A stretch of DNA of 10,903 nucleotides from Nostoc sp. DedSLP01. Its GTDB lineage: Bacteria > Cyanobacteriota > Cyanobacteriia > Cyanobacteriales > Nostocaceae. Where the stretch lies: the NCBI GenBank assembly GCA_034530875.2, contig JAVRCJ020000081.1, positions 1-10,903 on the forward strand, in the 5' to 3' direction. A model generated the notes under the pieces. It did no database searches. It worked only from the letters and a program-made list of their open reading frames with translations, and had not been told where the DNA came from. Within the stretch, counting starts at the first letter, position 1. Every line of letters begins with the position of its first letter. Below are positions 1 to 7,992 of this stretch, piece after piece. Position numbers and translations under genes: made by a program.

Positions 1-250
1 TACTATGACTCTACCATCAATGAGCGATCGCTCAACCTCCCTGAGACACGCGAGCTAACTTTTTTAGTAAGCATGTACTATATTTAGATGCGTTCGCCCT
101 GTGGCAATCTCTGGCAGGCGAGTCATTTTTTAGTACAATTATGCAACTCGATCTAGCTTAAAATCCACTCCCACTCATCCACTGTCTCTTGAGATTTTCT
201 TTACGAATCAGCTCTTAATTGGTGTGTTGTGTTGGAATCTAGAATCGCTT

Positions 251-478
251 TTAGTGCGTAAATCTGTCCACTAACTCTTCACGAGATAATGAAAGACACA
301 AAGGAGTAAATTCTTCTGGAGATAACTGTAGTAAACCATTAACAACTGTTGCTAGTTCACCATCCACTTCCCCAAACCGAAATCGCAACAGATTTTCTAC
401 AACTTGGCGGCGTTCTTGTTGCACACCCTCTTGTACAGCAGCAGCCCTGGCTTCTTCATAAGCTTGAGTTAAGTTCAT
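251..478 (-). CDS. Putative internally initiated small C-terminal protein (RpnS-like, 75 aa, MNLTQAYEE...)
   Basis: In-frame ATG at 478-476, preceded by GAGGAG (490-485 on the minus strand) with a 6-nt spacer, at the boundary of the C-terminal helical domain. Confidence 0.5.
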   Translation of the reverse strand: MNLTQAYEEARAAAVQEGVQQERRQVVENLLRFRFGEVDGELATVVNGLLQLSPEEFTPLCLSLSREELVDRFTH

Positions 479-1141
479 AATTAGCTCCTCGTCATCTTGG
501 GTTAACTCTTGTTGTGCCATTACACTGATACGCCATCTGTAAATTATCTCCAGTACATTGCGACGTACAAGGTTTTCTCTTGGCAGTGCCACCAGTTCAC
601 TAACAGCTTGTTGCTGAACCTTTCGCCTGCCCAACAGCCGAAACCACAAGGTGTCTGGAGTTGAGGGTAGCTTGTTAATCGCAACTATTGCGGCTCTCTC
701 TCCTTCAGGTAGAAAATACACCCCATCAGGCCAATTGTCTAAATCTAGTTTAGCCCCAAAAGCTTTAAGCAGAGTTTGTGAGGCACTTGGTGACAAAATC
801 CACAGTCTTGCTAAGTCATTCTCTGCTATTGTTGTGTCCTCTCGATTAGCCTGACGTTGGGAATCAGCAATTACTGTGAACAATTTTTGAAGACAATTAC
901 GTACCTCAGAAAAACTAGGCTGATTGCGAAATGGTTCTAGCAGTGTCGTATTTAACAGAGCAATTCTGCCTAATAACCCTAAAGTTTTTGCCTCAGCAGT
1001 AGAGTTTGGTGTTGCAGAAAATAGAACATCAACAAACCTTGTTTCATCAGTAACTTCTTGATTTGTTCTTATTTCCCCCAAAGGGGACAGTAATTCTTTT
1101 AAAAACTGCTTGGCAAACTGGTCGTGAGGTTTAGTGGTCAT
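251..1141 (-). CDS. Rpn-like / PD-(D/E)XK nuclease-fold protein of a family widespread in cyanobacteria, 296 aa
   Basis: N-terminal HDQFAKQFLKELL, then a VDVLF...LLEPFR motif and a C-terminal helical tail (QEGVQQERRQVVENLLRFRFG...LSREEL). Family call is from motif recall, not a database search. Confidence 0.75.
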   Translation of the reverse strand: MTTKPHDQFAKQFLKELLSPLGEIRTNQEVTDETRFVDVLFSATPNSTAEAKTLGLLGRIALLNTTLLEPFRNQPSFSEVRNCLQKLFTVIADSQRQANREDTTIAENDLARLWILSPSASQTLLKAFGAKLDLDNWPDGVYFLPEGERAAIVAINKLPSTPDTLWFRLLGRRKVQQQAVSELVALPRENLVRRNVLEIIYRWRISVMAQQELTQDDEELIMNLTQAYEEARAAAVQEGVQQERRQVVENLLRFRFGEVDGELATVVNGLLQLSPEEFTPLCLSLSREELVDRFTH

Positions 1142-1331
1142 GCTTTAAGTGTGTGGTAAATGTATTTGTTATCTGGCGTAAAAGTCCTGTCGTTTATACG
1201 CGCACAATCGCTCTTATCAATCTAAGACAGCAGCCTCCAGCATCTTTTATCCTAATTTAGTAACCCATGCTGATTGCTGGAAATCCCAGCGTAAGGTAAT
1301 GTGTACTAATTCAGTAGTTGAAGTTGTGTTT

Positions 1332-1619
1332 ATGACATTTCAAGAGCTTCAAACAGGCGACTACTTCCGTATTCTGGGCATGACTATTGGTTACGTCTAC
1401 AGAAAAACCAGCGATGACTATTGCACGTTGAACAATACTTTGCAGCCGATTCGACCCCACACAAGAGTCAAAAAGCTAAGTGGGGATGAACTTATTGAAT
1501 ATTTGGCACAACAGACGACTGCTGCTGAACATAAGCCAAAACCTATAGTTAGGTTAAAATCCCGACCAGTTCCCTCAAGAGAAAAAGCAGGCATCACAAA
1601 ATATGGCATTATCAACTAA
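1332..1619 (+). CDS. Hypothetical protein (MTFQELQTGDYFRI...), about 95 aa; alternative start at 1299
   Basis: Open frame with protein-like composition; divergent from the Rpn-like gene and convergent with the next gene, overlapping it by 4 nt. Confidence 0.6.
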   Translation: MTFQELQTGDYFRILGMTIGYVYRKTSDDYCTLNNTLQPIRPHTRVKKLSGDELIEYLAQQTTAAEHKPKPIVRLKSRPVPSREKAGITKYGIIN

Positions 1620-1969
1620 TCGGTAGTTTCGTGTTTTAGGCAAGTGTTTGTTCTTTTAATGCTTGCCTTTTTCACATAAAAATTAGTAGCCTCACATCTA
1701 TCGACTAAAGCCTCACACAAATCAGCCGACTTCACTCCAAAAACCCCCAGCTGAATCTCACTAGTCAATCCATTGACGAGCGATTGATAATCGGGGTGAT
1801 TTTCGTTAATTTCTAGCTCTATCAAATCTGGGGTTTTTGATGTGATTGTTGCCCAATGGGGAAGATTGGAAGTAACACTCGTCAGGTAAAGTTTCACATT
1901 TACACCCTCTGATCGGTAGTAGTTTCTATAAACCGCTCGATACAGTCCATCGCCCAAATGCGTTTTCAT
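1616..1969 (-). CDS. Hypothetical protein, 117 aa
   Basis: ATG-started ORF with globular composition, co-oriented with the 2059-2586 gene. Confidence 0.55.
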   Translation of the reverse strand: MKTHLGDGLYRAVYRNYYRSEGVNVKLYLTSVTSNLPHWATITSKTPDLIELEINENHPDYQSLVNGLTSEIQLGVFGVKSADLCEALVDRCEATNFYVKKASIKRTNTCLKHETTD

Positions 1970-2058
1970 CTCAGGAGCAAATCATTGCGATTGGACAGTT
2001 CTAGCCATTGAGCATTAGTAGCGATCGCAGTAGATAAGCGATCGCCTTTTCCCTTAAA

Positions 2059-2586
2059 CTACGCAGCTATTGGCTCCTGCCCTGACTCGTACTCTAAGAG
2101 CATTTGCCATTCCTCTGGGGTTAATTCTCCAAAAGGTTTATCCAACAAATCGATAGAACTGCTTGGGATTTGTGGTTGATGAACTAGAGTTTGCACAAAG
2201 CAGGGTGTGCCGTCTTTGTAAACGATTTCCACTAGCCTAATGTTGTTAAAGTAAATGCCATCGTCTAGGAGTTCGTATCCCAAGCTCTCGCAGCCTAGAG
2301 CTATCTGACACATCATTTCATTCCCTGTTGTAGCGGCTGGGGTTTCTTCTTGTTGTACTGGCAACGTTCCTTGTTTGTAGTGCCATGTCACGTAGTTGTG
2401 GCACTTCATTTGTGCAATACCGCGAAACACTTCTTCACCGTTCACCATCACTACCCACCGTTGAGTTACGAAATCTGCACGGTCATAAGTGATTCGGGCG
2501 ATTAGCTTTTGTCCGGCGTAGAGTTCATGCTCGTAGAAGTCGATTTCTACTGATGTTACTTGCCCTGTTGTTGTTGCCTGTGGCAT
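2059..2586 (-). CDS. Hypothetical protein, probably plasmid-associated (MPQATTTGQVTSVEIDFYEHE...), 175 aa
   Basis: ATG at 2586 with GGAG upstream. The longer 2718 start runs through a hairpin and antisense to the rep remnant, so it is unlikely. Confidence 0.7.
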   Translation of the reverse strand: MPQATTTGQVTSVEIDFYEHELYAGQKLIARITYDRADFVTQRWVVMVNGEEVFRGIAQMKCHNYVTWHYKQGTLPVQQEETPAATTGNEMMCQIALGCESLGYELLDDGIYFNNIRLVEIVYKDGTPCFVQTLVHQPQIPSSSIDLLDKPFGELTPEEWQMLLEYESGQEPIAA

Positions 2587-2610
2587 GATAGTAATCTCCA
2601 TGAATTGGAT

Positions 2611-2654
2611 AAAAGGGCGATCGCTGAGTTTGCCAGACAGGGCGATCGCCTTTT
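2611..2654. promoter_or_regulatory. HIP1-anchored stem-loop in the leader of the 2059-2586 gene (terminator or attenuator-like)
   Basis: AAAAGGGCGATCGC-TGAGTTTGCCAGACAGG-GCGATCGCCTTTT; inverted arms followed by T4 on both strands. Confidence 0.45.
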
Positions 2655-3497
2655 GATTTGCACGAGAACGTTGTGACAAACCCCGACGAGATCCGCAGAA
2701 AATCCATAAATATATCAAATACGAACATCCTTACAGGGAGCAAACACGCGCTTTCTTTTTACAAGTCACCAAAAAGATTTGGGTGAAAGTGTCGAATCGT
2801 TGTGGTATTCCTATCACCGATGAAGATTTACAACATCCGGGTGGGTTCTGGCATTGGGTCTGGAAGAACAATGTACCAGTGGTGATTGTCGAAGGAGTTA
2901 AAAAGGCCGCTTGTTTATTGAGTGCTGGTTATGCGGCGATCGCCATCCCTGGGGTGAACGCTGGCTACCGCACACCAAAAGATGATTACAGGACTGTCAC
3001 GGGTAAACCTTCGCTCATTCCCGATCTAAAACATTTCGCAACGCAAGAAAGACTTGTTAACATTTGCTTTGATAACGATACCAAACCCGAAACCGTCCAA
3101 CGAGTACGCACTGCTATCAGCCGCATGGGGCGGCTGTTGAGAAACGAAGGTTGTCAGCTGCGCGTGATTGACCTACCAGGAACCGAAAAAGGAGTTGATG
3201 ATTTTGTCGTGGCTCAGAGTCAGGCTGCATTTCACGCTCTGTACAACACCGCCGAGACTTTGGAGTTGTGGGAAATCAAGCTGTTTACCCTGCTGATTTA
3301 TCCTCCGGCGATCGCACTCAACCACAGATTCCTGGGTGAGCTGATAGCACCAGAAGGTCAAAAGCTAATTGTTCTCAAAGCTCCTAAAGGCACGGGCAAG
3401 ACTGAATGGTTGTCTGCTGAGGTGAAGAAAGCTCATGACCAGGGGCGAAGGGTACTGATTATCACTCACCGTATTCAACTGGGTGAGGCACTGTGCG

Positions 3498-3521
3498 TTC
3501 GTCCTTGACGTTGGCGCAGCC
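3498..3521 (+). mobile_element. 24-nt SDR-like insertion in HIP1 (GCG^ATCGC)
   Basis: TTCGTCCTTGACGTTGGCGCAGCC lies between GCG (3495-3497) and ATCGC (3522-3526). Removing it restores HIP1 and the continuous reading GEALCDRFGVDY. Confidence 0.85.
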
Positions 3522-3970
3522 ATCGCTTCGGCGTTGATTATGTCAGCGAGATTCACACCTCTGACACAGGCGGTTTGTTGGGGTATGGTGTTTGCGTGGA
3601 TTCTTTGCACAAAGATAGCCAAGCTCGATTCAACCCCAACGACTGGTCAAATGATATCGTTATTATTGACGAATGCGACCAAGTGTTCTGGCATTTGCTC
3701 AACTCTACTACTGATGTGGCCAAGCGACGGGTGTCCATACTGAGAAATTTCAAGCAGTTGGTACAGAATGTTTTAGGCAGCGATCGCGGTAAAATCTACC
3801 TGTCTTCTGCCGACGTATCCGATACCGATGTCAAGTACATTTTGTCTCTGGCGGGAGAATACAAGGTTAATCCCTTTGTCATCGTCAACAATTATCAGCC
3901 CGTATCTGGCAAGTGCTACAACTATTCTGGCAGCAACCCCAAAAATTTGATTGCAGCGTTGGATAAAGTG

Positions 3971-4012
3971 TTAGCGTTCGCGGAGCGTCTCGTAGAGAAG
4001 CTTGCCGAAGGC
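3971..4012 (+). mobile_element. Nested pair of 21-nt SDR-like insertions (42 nt, in frame)
   Basis: Outer element TTAGCG^AAGCTTGCCGAAGGC sits in GTG^ATCGC (HIP1 with one mismatch). Inner element TTCGCGGAGCGTCTCGTAGAG (3977-3997) sits in GCG^AAGC. Together they add LAFAERLVEKLAEG to the replicase. Confidence 0.8.
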
Positions 4013-5301
4013 ATCGCATTGGGAGGACATCATTTATTATGTTGTTCTGCCCAAAAAGCCAAATCCAAATGGGGAACCCAAGCCCTTGAACAACGGTTTA
4101 AACAGAAATTTCCTCACCTGCGGATTCTGAGAATTGACAGTAATTCAGTTTTAGACCCAAAACACCCAGCTTTTGAATGTATCGCTGATCTCAACGAAAT
4201 TCTCACGCAGTATGATTTAGTAATAGCCTCACCTAGCCTTGAAACTGGTGTCTCCATTGATATCAAAGGTCATTTTGATGCAGTTTGGGGGATATTCCAG
4301 GGAGTACAGCCTGTGGACTCTGTACGGCAGATGTTGGCACGATTACGCCAAACAGTTGACCGTCACATCTGGGTGAGCCAGTACGGGATGGGGACTGTAG
4401 GCAATGGTTCAACTTCTATGGGTGGATTGTTACGGAGTCAGGATGTTGCAACACAAGCCAATATTGCTCTGTTGTCTGCGGCTGATAATGATGATTACTC
4501 GTTCATTGACCAGAACTTCCAGCCCGAATCATTGCAAACCTGGGGTAAGCGTGGGGCTGTCATCAACGTCGAGATGCGCCGCTATCAAGAATTTGTATTG
4601 AAGGGATTAGAAGCTGATGGCTACACGATTATTGATGCGGATGATTCTGACCCCGACCAAACCAAGGAAATTGTCAAGGAAGTGAAAGCCGCTTCCAAAG
4701 AATTATATGCTGGGGAATGCCAGGGGGTTTCTGAATCTGAAGATGTGTCTGATGCCGAACTCAAGAAATTGCAAGAAAAGCGGGTGAAGACTCCTGAGGA
4801 AAGATACCAGCAAGGGAAGGCTGAATTGTCCCGGCGTTATGAAGTTGAAGTGACACCCGAATTAGTAGAAAAGGACGATGACGGCTGGTATCCCCAATTG
4901 CGGCTGCACTATTATCTGACGGTGGGGCGGGAGTTCCTTGCCAATCGTGATGCCAAACGCGCCAAGGCACAGGCTGAGGCTGGGGAGAATGCGATTTGGA
5001 AGCCTGACTTTAACAAAGGGCAGATGATGTCTTGTATGTTGTTGTTGGAAAAGGTTAATCTGTTGGACTTGCTAAAGCCAGGGGAGAAACTGCGCTCTTC
5101 GGATGAGCAGATGCAGGAGTTGAAGCTGGCAGCACTGGAGAATCGTTATCTCATCAAGACTTGTTTGAATGTGACCGTTACCGAGAAGTTAACACCTGTT
5201 GCGATCGCACAAAAGCTTTTGAACAAGATTGATTTGCGGTTGTCCTACATTGGTCGATTGGGGTCGTTAAGCTAGGATAAGACATCGTTCATACCATTTC
5301 A

Positions 5302-6696
5302 CTATGCCCTGTTTGCCAAAGTGCTGTAAGAGAAAGAGCTATCTGCAAAGATAAATTTCTCAAAGCCAGTGATAGAAAAGCTAATGGGGTTTCCATTGCT
5401 GTTGAAAGTAAAAGTTGCACAATTAAGAGTATTGCCAGAAATAACACCAGATACCAGCAGTTGCGAGCGATTAAAAGCTGTGAGGTCGAGAGTGTCAAAA
5501 CCGTACCCGCCATCAACACTAGCAACGCCAAACCCTTTGAAGTAGTCATCCCCAGTACCTAAATCAATGTTGATGCCGCCACCAATAGAGACTTGTTGTT
5601 GAACTCCATCTAGGATACCGGTAGCGATAATTTGATCGTTGCCATCGTCAGTCTTGATGATTCCTTGTCCATAAATACCGTAGACAAGACCATCATTGTT
5701 GTAAGCATCAGTTGCTATAGCCTGTCCGATAACCTTGTCAGAACCCTTGCCTGTATCAATGACTCCATCGTTGAAGATGCCATAAGTGGTGGAGTTGGCT
5801 CGCGAACTGTTGCCATTACCTGTAATCGTGTCCTTGCCCGTCCATGTAGTGATGGTGGCGCCTTTAACGTTCTGGATGCCGATCCCAGCACCACCGTAAC
5901 CCTCGAACCCGCCTTTGGGGGCGGTGCCGCCATTACCCGTGCCAGCGATCGCGTCGTTTCCGCCACCTGTATCCAGTTCGCCATTGTTAGCGATGCCTAT
6001 GCCAGTACCGCCATTGCCGCCCTTGCCAAGGAGGGGAATGTATTTGTCGCTGTTTGTGTCCCCACCATAGCCGCCGTTGCCGCCATCACCACTACCAGCG
6101 ATCGCGTCGTTTCCTTCCCCTGTATTCAGTTCGCCATTGTTAGCAATACCTGTGCCGTTACCACCGTTACCACCATTGCCACCATTGCCACCATTGCCAC
6201 CATCACCACTAGCACCGATCGCCTCGTTTCCGTCCCCTGTATTCAGTTCGCCATTGTTAGCGATACCTATGCCGTTACCACCATTGCCACCATTGCCACC
6301 GACACCGCCGTTGCCGCCATCACCACTAGCACCGATCGCCTCATTTCCGTCCCCTGTATTGAGTTTGCCACTGTTAGCGATGCCTGTGCCACTACCACCG
6401 TTGCCACCCTTGCCACCATTACCGATATCGCTGCCTTTGCCGCCATCACCAATAGCACCGATCGCATCGCTTCCGTTCCCTGTATTCAGTTTGCCCCTGT
6501 TAGCGATGCCTGTGCCACTACCACCGTCGTTGCCAGTACTGATACCAGTGAGCGTGTCTTTTCCTGAAAGTGTAAGGACGTAACCTCCAATTAAAATATC
6601 AATACCAATTGCTGGAGATGCATTCAGCTCTTCCCCAACTAGAGTATCGGAACCGAGGGTACCGATGAAATTCGATGGAATACGAAGTCTTGCCAT
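5302..6696 (-). CDS. Gly/Asn-rich repeat protein, RTX or hemolysin-type Ca-binding-like, probably secreted or surface-located, 464 aa
   Basis: Repeated TG(D/E/N)GND/EAI, GKDT, GNDQ, GDDY and GGYGFDTLDL motifs; GGNGGNGG tracts; C-terminal TGFEKFIFAD; no obvious signal peptide. ATG at 6696 preferred over the TTG at 6711. Confidence 0.8.
   Translation of the reverse strand: MARLRIPSNFIGTLGSDTLVGEELNASPAIGIDILIGGYVLTLSGKDTLTGISTGNDGGSGTGIANRGKLNTGNGSDAIGAIGDGGKGSDIGNGGKGGNGGSGTGIANSGKLNTGDGNEAIGASGDGGNGGVGGNGGNGGNGIGIANNGELNTGDGNEAIGASGDGGNGGNGGNGGNGGNGTGIANNGELNTGEGNDAIAGSGDGGNGGYGGDTNSDKYIPLLGKGGNGGTGIGIANNGELDTGGGNDAIAGTGNGGTAPKGGFEGYGGAGIGIQNVKGATITTWTGKDTITGNGNSSRANSTTYGIFNDGVIDTGKGSDKVIGQAIATDAYNNDGLVYGIYGQGIIKTDDGNDQIIATGILDGVQQQVSIGGGINIDLGTGDDYFKGFGVASVDGGYGFDTLDLTAFNRSQLLVSGVISGNTLNCATFTFNSNGNPISFSITGFEKFIFADSSFSYSTLANRA
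5930..6545 (-). repeat. Five in-frame tandem repeat units in the Gly-rich gene, with internal 9-nt GGN microrepeats
   Basis: A TGTAT(T/C)(C/G)AGT anchor recurs at 5968, 6121, 6238, 6355 and 6481 (spacings 153, 117, 117, 126). Unit: GIANxGxL(N/D)TGxGx(D/E)AIxxxGxGG. Confidence 0.9.
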
Positions 6697-7072
6697 AAAG
6701 CAAATTCTCAAAAGTTAGTTTGGTACGGGTGGCTTGCTCATTTGGTTGAGCAGTTTCTCAAAAAATCTCGAAATTGTTTCTCCAAAAGCTATTGAGCGAT
6801 TGAGTTTATTCTTGTATCACTCACCTAGTAGTCTGCCAAGACAACGAAAGCATCGTGGAAGGCAGGGGTGGTAGAGGAGGAAAAAGCGCACGGAACTTGA
6901 GGTCAGAAGGGATAAGAATACTGTTAACCATTCGGCTTCTTGAGGTTTGATGATGAGCGAACTTGTATTGAGCTTTGTCGAAGTAGTAGAACCGTCAACA
7001 AATACTGTGGGACACACAGAAATTCAAGCTTATGGAGAAGCAGTAAGACTCGTTGGTACTTATGCCAAAAAG

Positions 7073-7121
7073 AGGCAGTGACGGGTACGCAGGAGTCTCC
7101 CCAAGTAGAGCAACTGCCGTG
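7073..7121. repeat. About 49-nt hairpin insertion (GGCAGT...ACTGCC) in the tnpB tail
   Basis: Inverted GGCAGT (7074-7079) and ACTGCC (7113-7118); it carries the TGA that ends the tail frame. It resembles a dispersed Nostoc repeat from memory; boundaries are approximate. Confidence 0.4.
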
Positions 7122-7159
7122 CGTGTTTCAACAGAAACAAGAATCTCCGCTACATTGCG

Positions 7160-7180
7160 TTCGCGGAGCGTTCCGAAGGA
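7160..7180 (+). mobile_element. 21-nt SDR-like insertion in GCG^AAGC
   Basis: TTCGCGGAGCGTTCCGAAGGA shares its first 12 nt with the copy at 3977-3997. Removing it leaves the perfect hairpin TACATTGC-GAA-GCAATGTA. Confidence 0.8.
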
Positions 7181-7205
7181 AAGCAATGTAAGGGGGAAGT
7201 CTCAA

Positions 7206-7530
7206 ATGCAATCTTGGGCATCTCTACAGCGAGTTGTGCAGCAGTAGAAAGCAAGTTTTGCAATGCCTCAGCTATAGCTACAGTTGAAGTAGTTACCCCA
7301 ATAGCAGTTTCTTCTAATGCTTTCCCCACATTTTGTACAGCTTGAAAACCTTGCTGTGCTGTTGCGGGCAAATCAGTAATTGCATTAAGACTTGAGGTGG
7401 CAATTTCTAGAGTAGTATTTTTGATTCCATCAACTACTTCTTCTATGCCGATTGCTGTATTATTTGCCCCTTCTTGAGCATTTTCCCTAAGAGTATCTGC
7501 TAAACTTCGTACTTGATTGATGAAATCCAT
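7206..7530 (-). pseudogene. Ala/Thr-rich helical hypothetical protein, probably 3'-truncated at the IS605 right end
   Basis: ORF MDFINQVRSLAD...AVEMPKIA reads directly into the IS end at 7205. Its last residues (FETSPLHC...) are antisense IS and SDR sequence. Confidence 0.55.
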
Positions 7531-7830
7531 GTTGTAGTAGACGCTTATGTTTAATATTTAGTATTTAGTCCAGCTTTTTACCCATACTTCAGAACCATAT
7601 CACGATAGCTCGTAAGCTTTATAAAAAAATCTTTAAAGAGATAGTAAGCGATTTATAGCTTGATGATGTGGTAAAAGAAAAACTAAACTATGAAGTTAGT
7701 TTAGCTGTTTTATTAACGATTTAAAAAACTTTTTATTAATGCAGCAATCAGCATTATATAAGCCATTTCTTAGCTTTTTTATCCTGTATTTGAATTGAAC
7801 GAAGAAAGCGATCGCTGCTCATTAAACAGT

Positions 7831-7992
7831 TCAATCTGTATTGGGCGTTTCTCCAGTTGGTAAAGAACGGATTAGCTCTCGAATCACATCGGTTGCTGGT
7901 CTTCCCGTCATTGAGCAGTATTTTTCTAATATTTCTGCTTCGCCTGATGTCAGATTTATTGTTATTCGTTTAATAGCCCATTTCTTATTCAT
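7831..7992 (-). CDS. CopG/ribbon-helix-helix transcriptional regulator, 53 aa (not in the ORF track)
   Basis: MNKKWAIKRITINLTSGEAEILEKYCSMTGRPATDVIRELIRSLPTGETPNTD: alternating beta strand RITINL, a helix, a G-R-P turn and a DVIRELI helix. Confidence 0.8.
   Translation of the reverse strand: MNKKWAIKRITINLTSGEAEILEKYCSMTGRPATDVIRELIRSLPTGETPNTD

Larger units (their letters stand above)
2675..5275 (+). pseudogene. CyRepA1-family plasmid replication protein (DUF3854 TOPRIM-like primase plus helicase), truncated at both ends and interrupted
   Basis: ORFs 2783-3508 and 3575-5275 are in the same frame. Motifs: KYEHP, EGVKKA, CFDND, KGVDD, Walker A APKGTGKT, Walker B IIDECDQ, SPSLETGVSID. The frame extends back to DKPRRDPQK at 2675 with no start codon (TGA at 2654). 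The internal TGA at 3506-3508 lies inside a 24-nt insertion. The end at YIGRLGSLS* is abrupt. Confidence 0.85.
7001..7205 (+). mobile_element. IS200/IS605-family remnant: tnpB 3' tail (omega-RNA region) and right end, without nuclease core or tnpA
   Basis: Translates NTVGHTEIQAYGEAVRL...KQESP, a typical TnpB C-terminal tail. It is followed by GAATCTCC, the hairpin TACATTGC..GCAATGTA, GGGGGAAGTC and TCAA (7202-7205), the usual right-end layout. Confidence 0.65.

Noticed and set aside
90..100. GCGTTCGCCCT resembling the start of the 24-nt element
   Set aside because: Similarity stops after about 11 nt, with no second hairpin or ATCGC; it may be a one-mismatch HIP1.
2587..2718. N-terminal extension of the 219-aa ORF
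   Set aside because: It crosses the HIP1 hairpin and the antisense rep remnant; a better SD+ATG lies at 2586.
5930..6545. Regularly spaced repeats considered as a CRISPR array
   Set aside because: Units are 117-153 nt, in frame and protein coding, and the intervening sequences are related rather than unique spacers.
5632..6583. Long plus-strand ORFs (311 aa and a 168-aa Pro-rich ORF)
   Set aside because: Antisense shadows of the Gly-rich repeat gene; GGN codons give stop-free Pro/Thr/Ala frames.
6817..7247. Several short overlapping ORFs (63-83 aa)
   Set aside because: They are frames through the IS remnant and micro-repeats, with no coherent protein apart from the TnpB tail.
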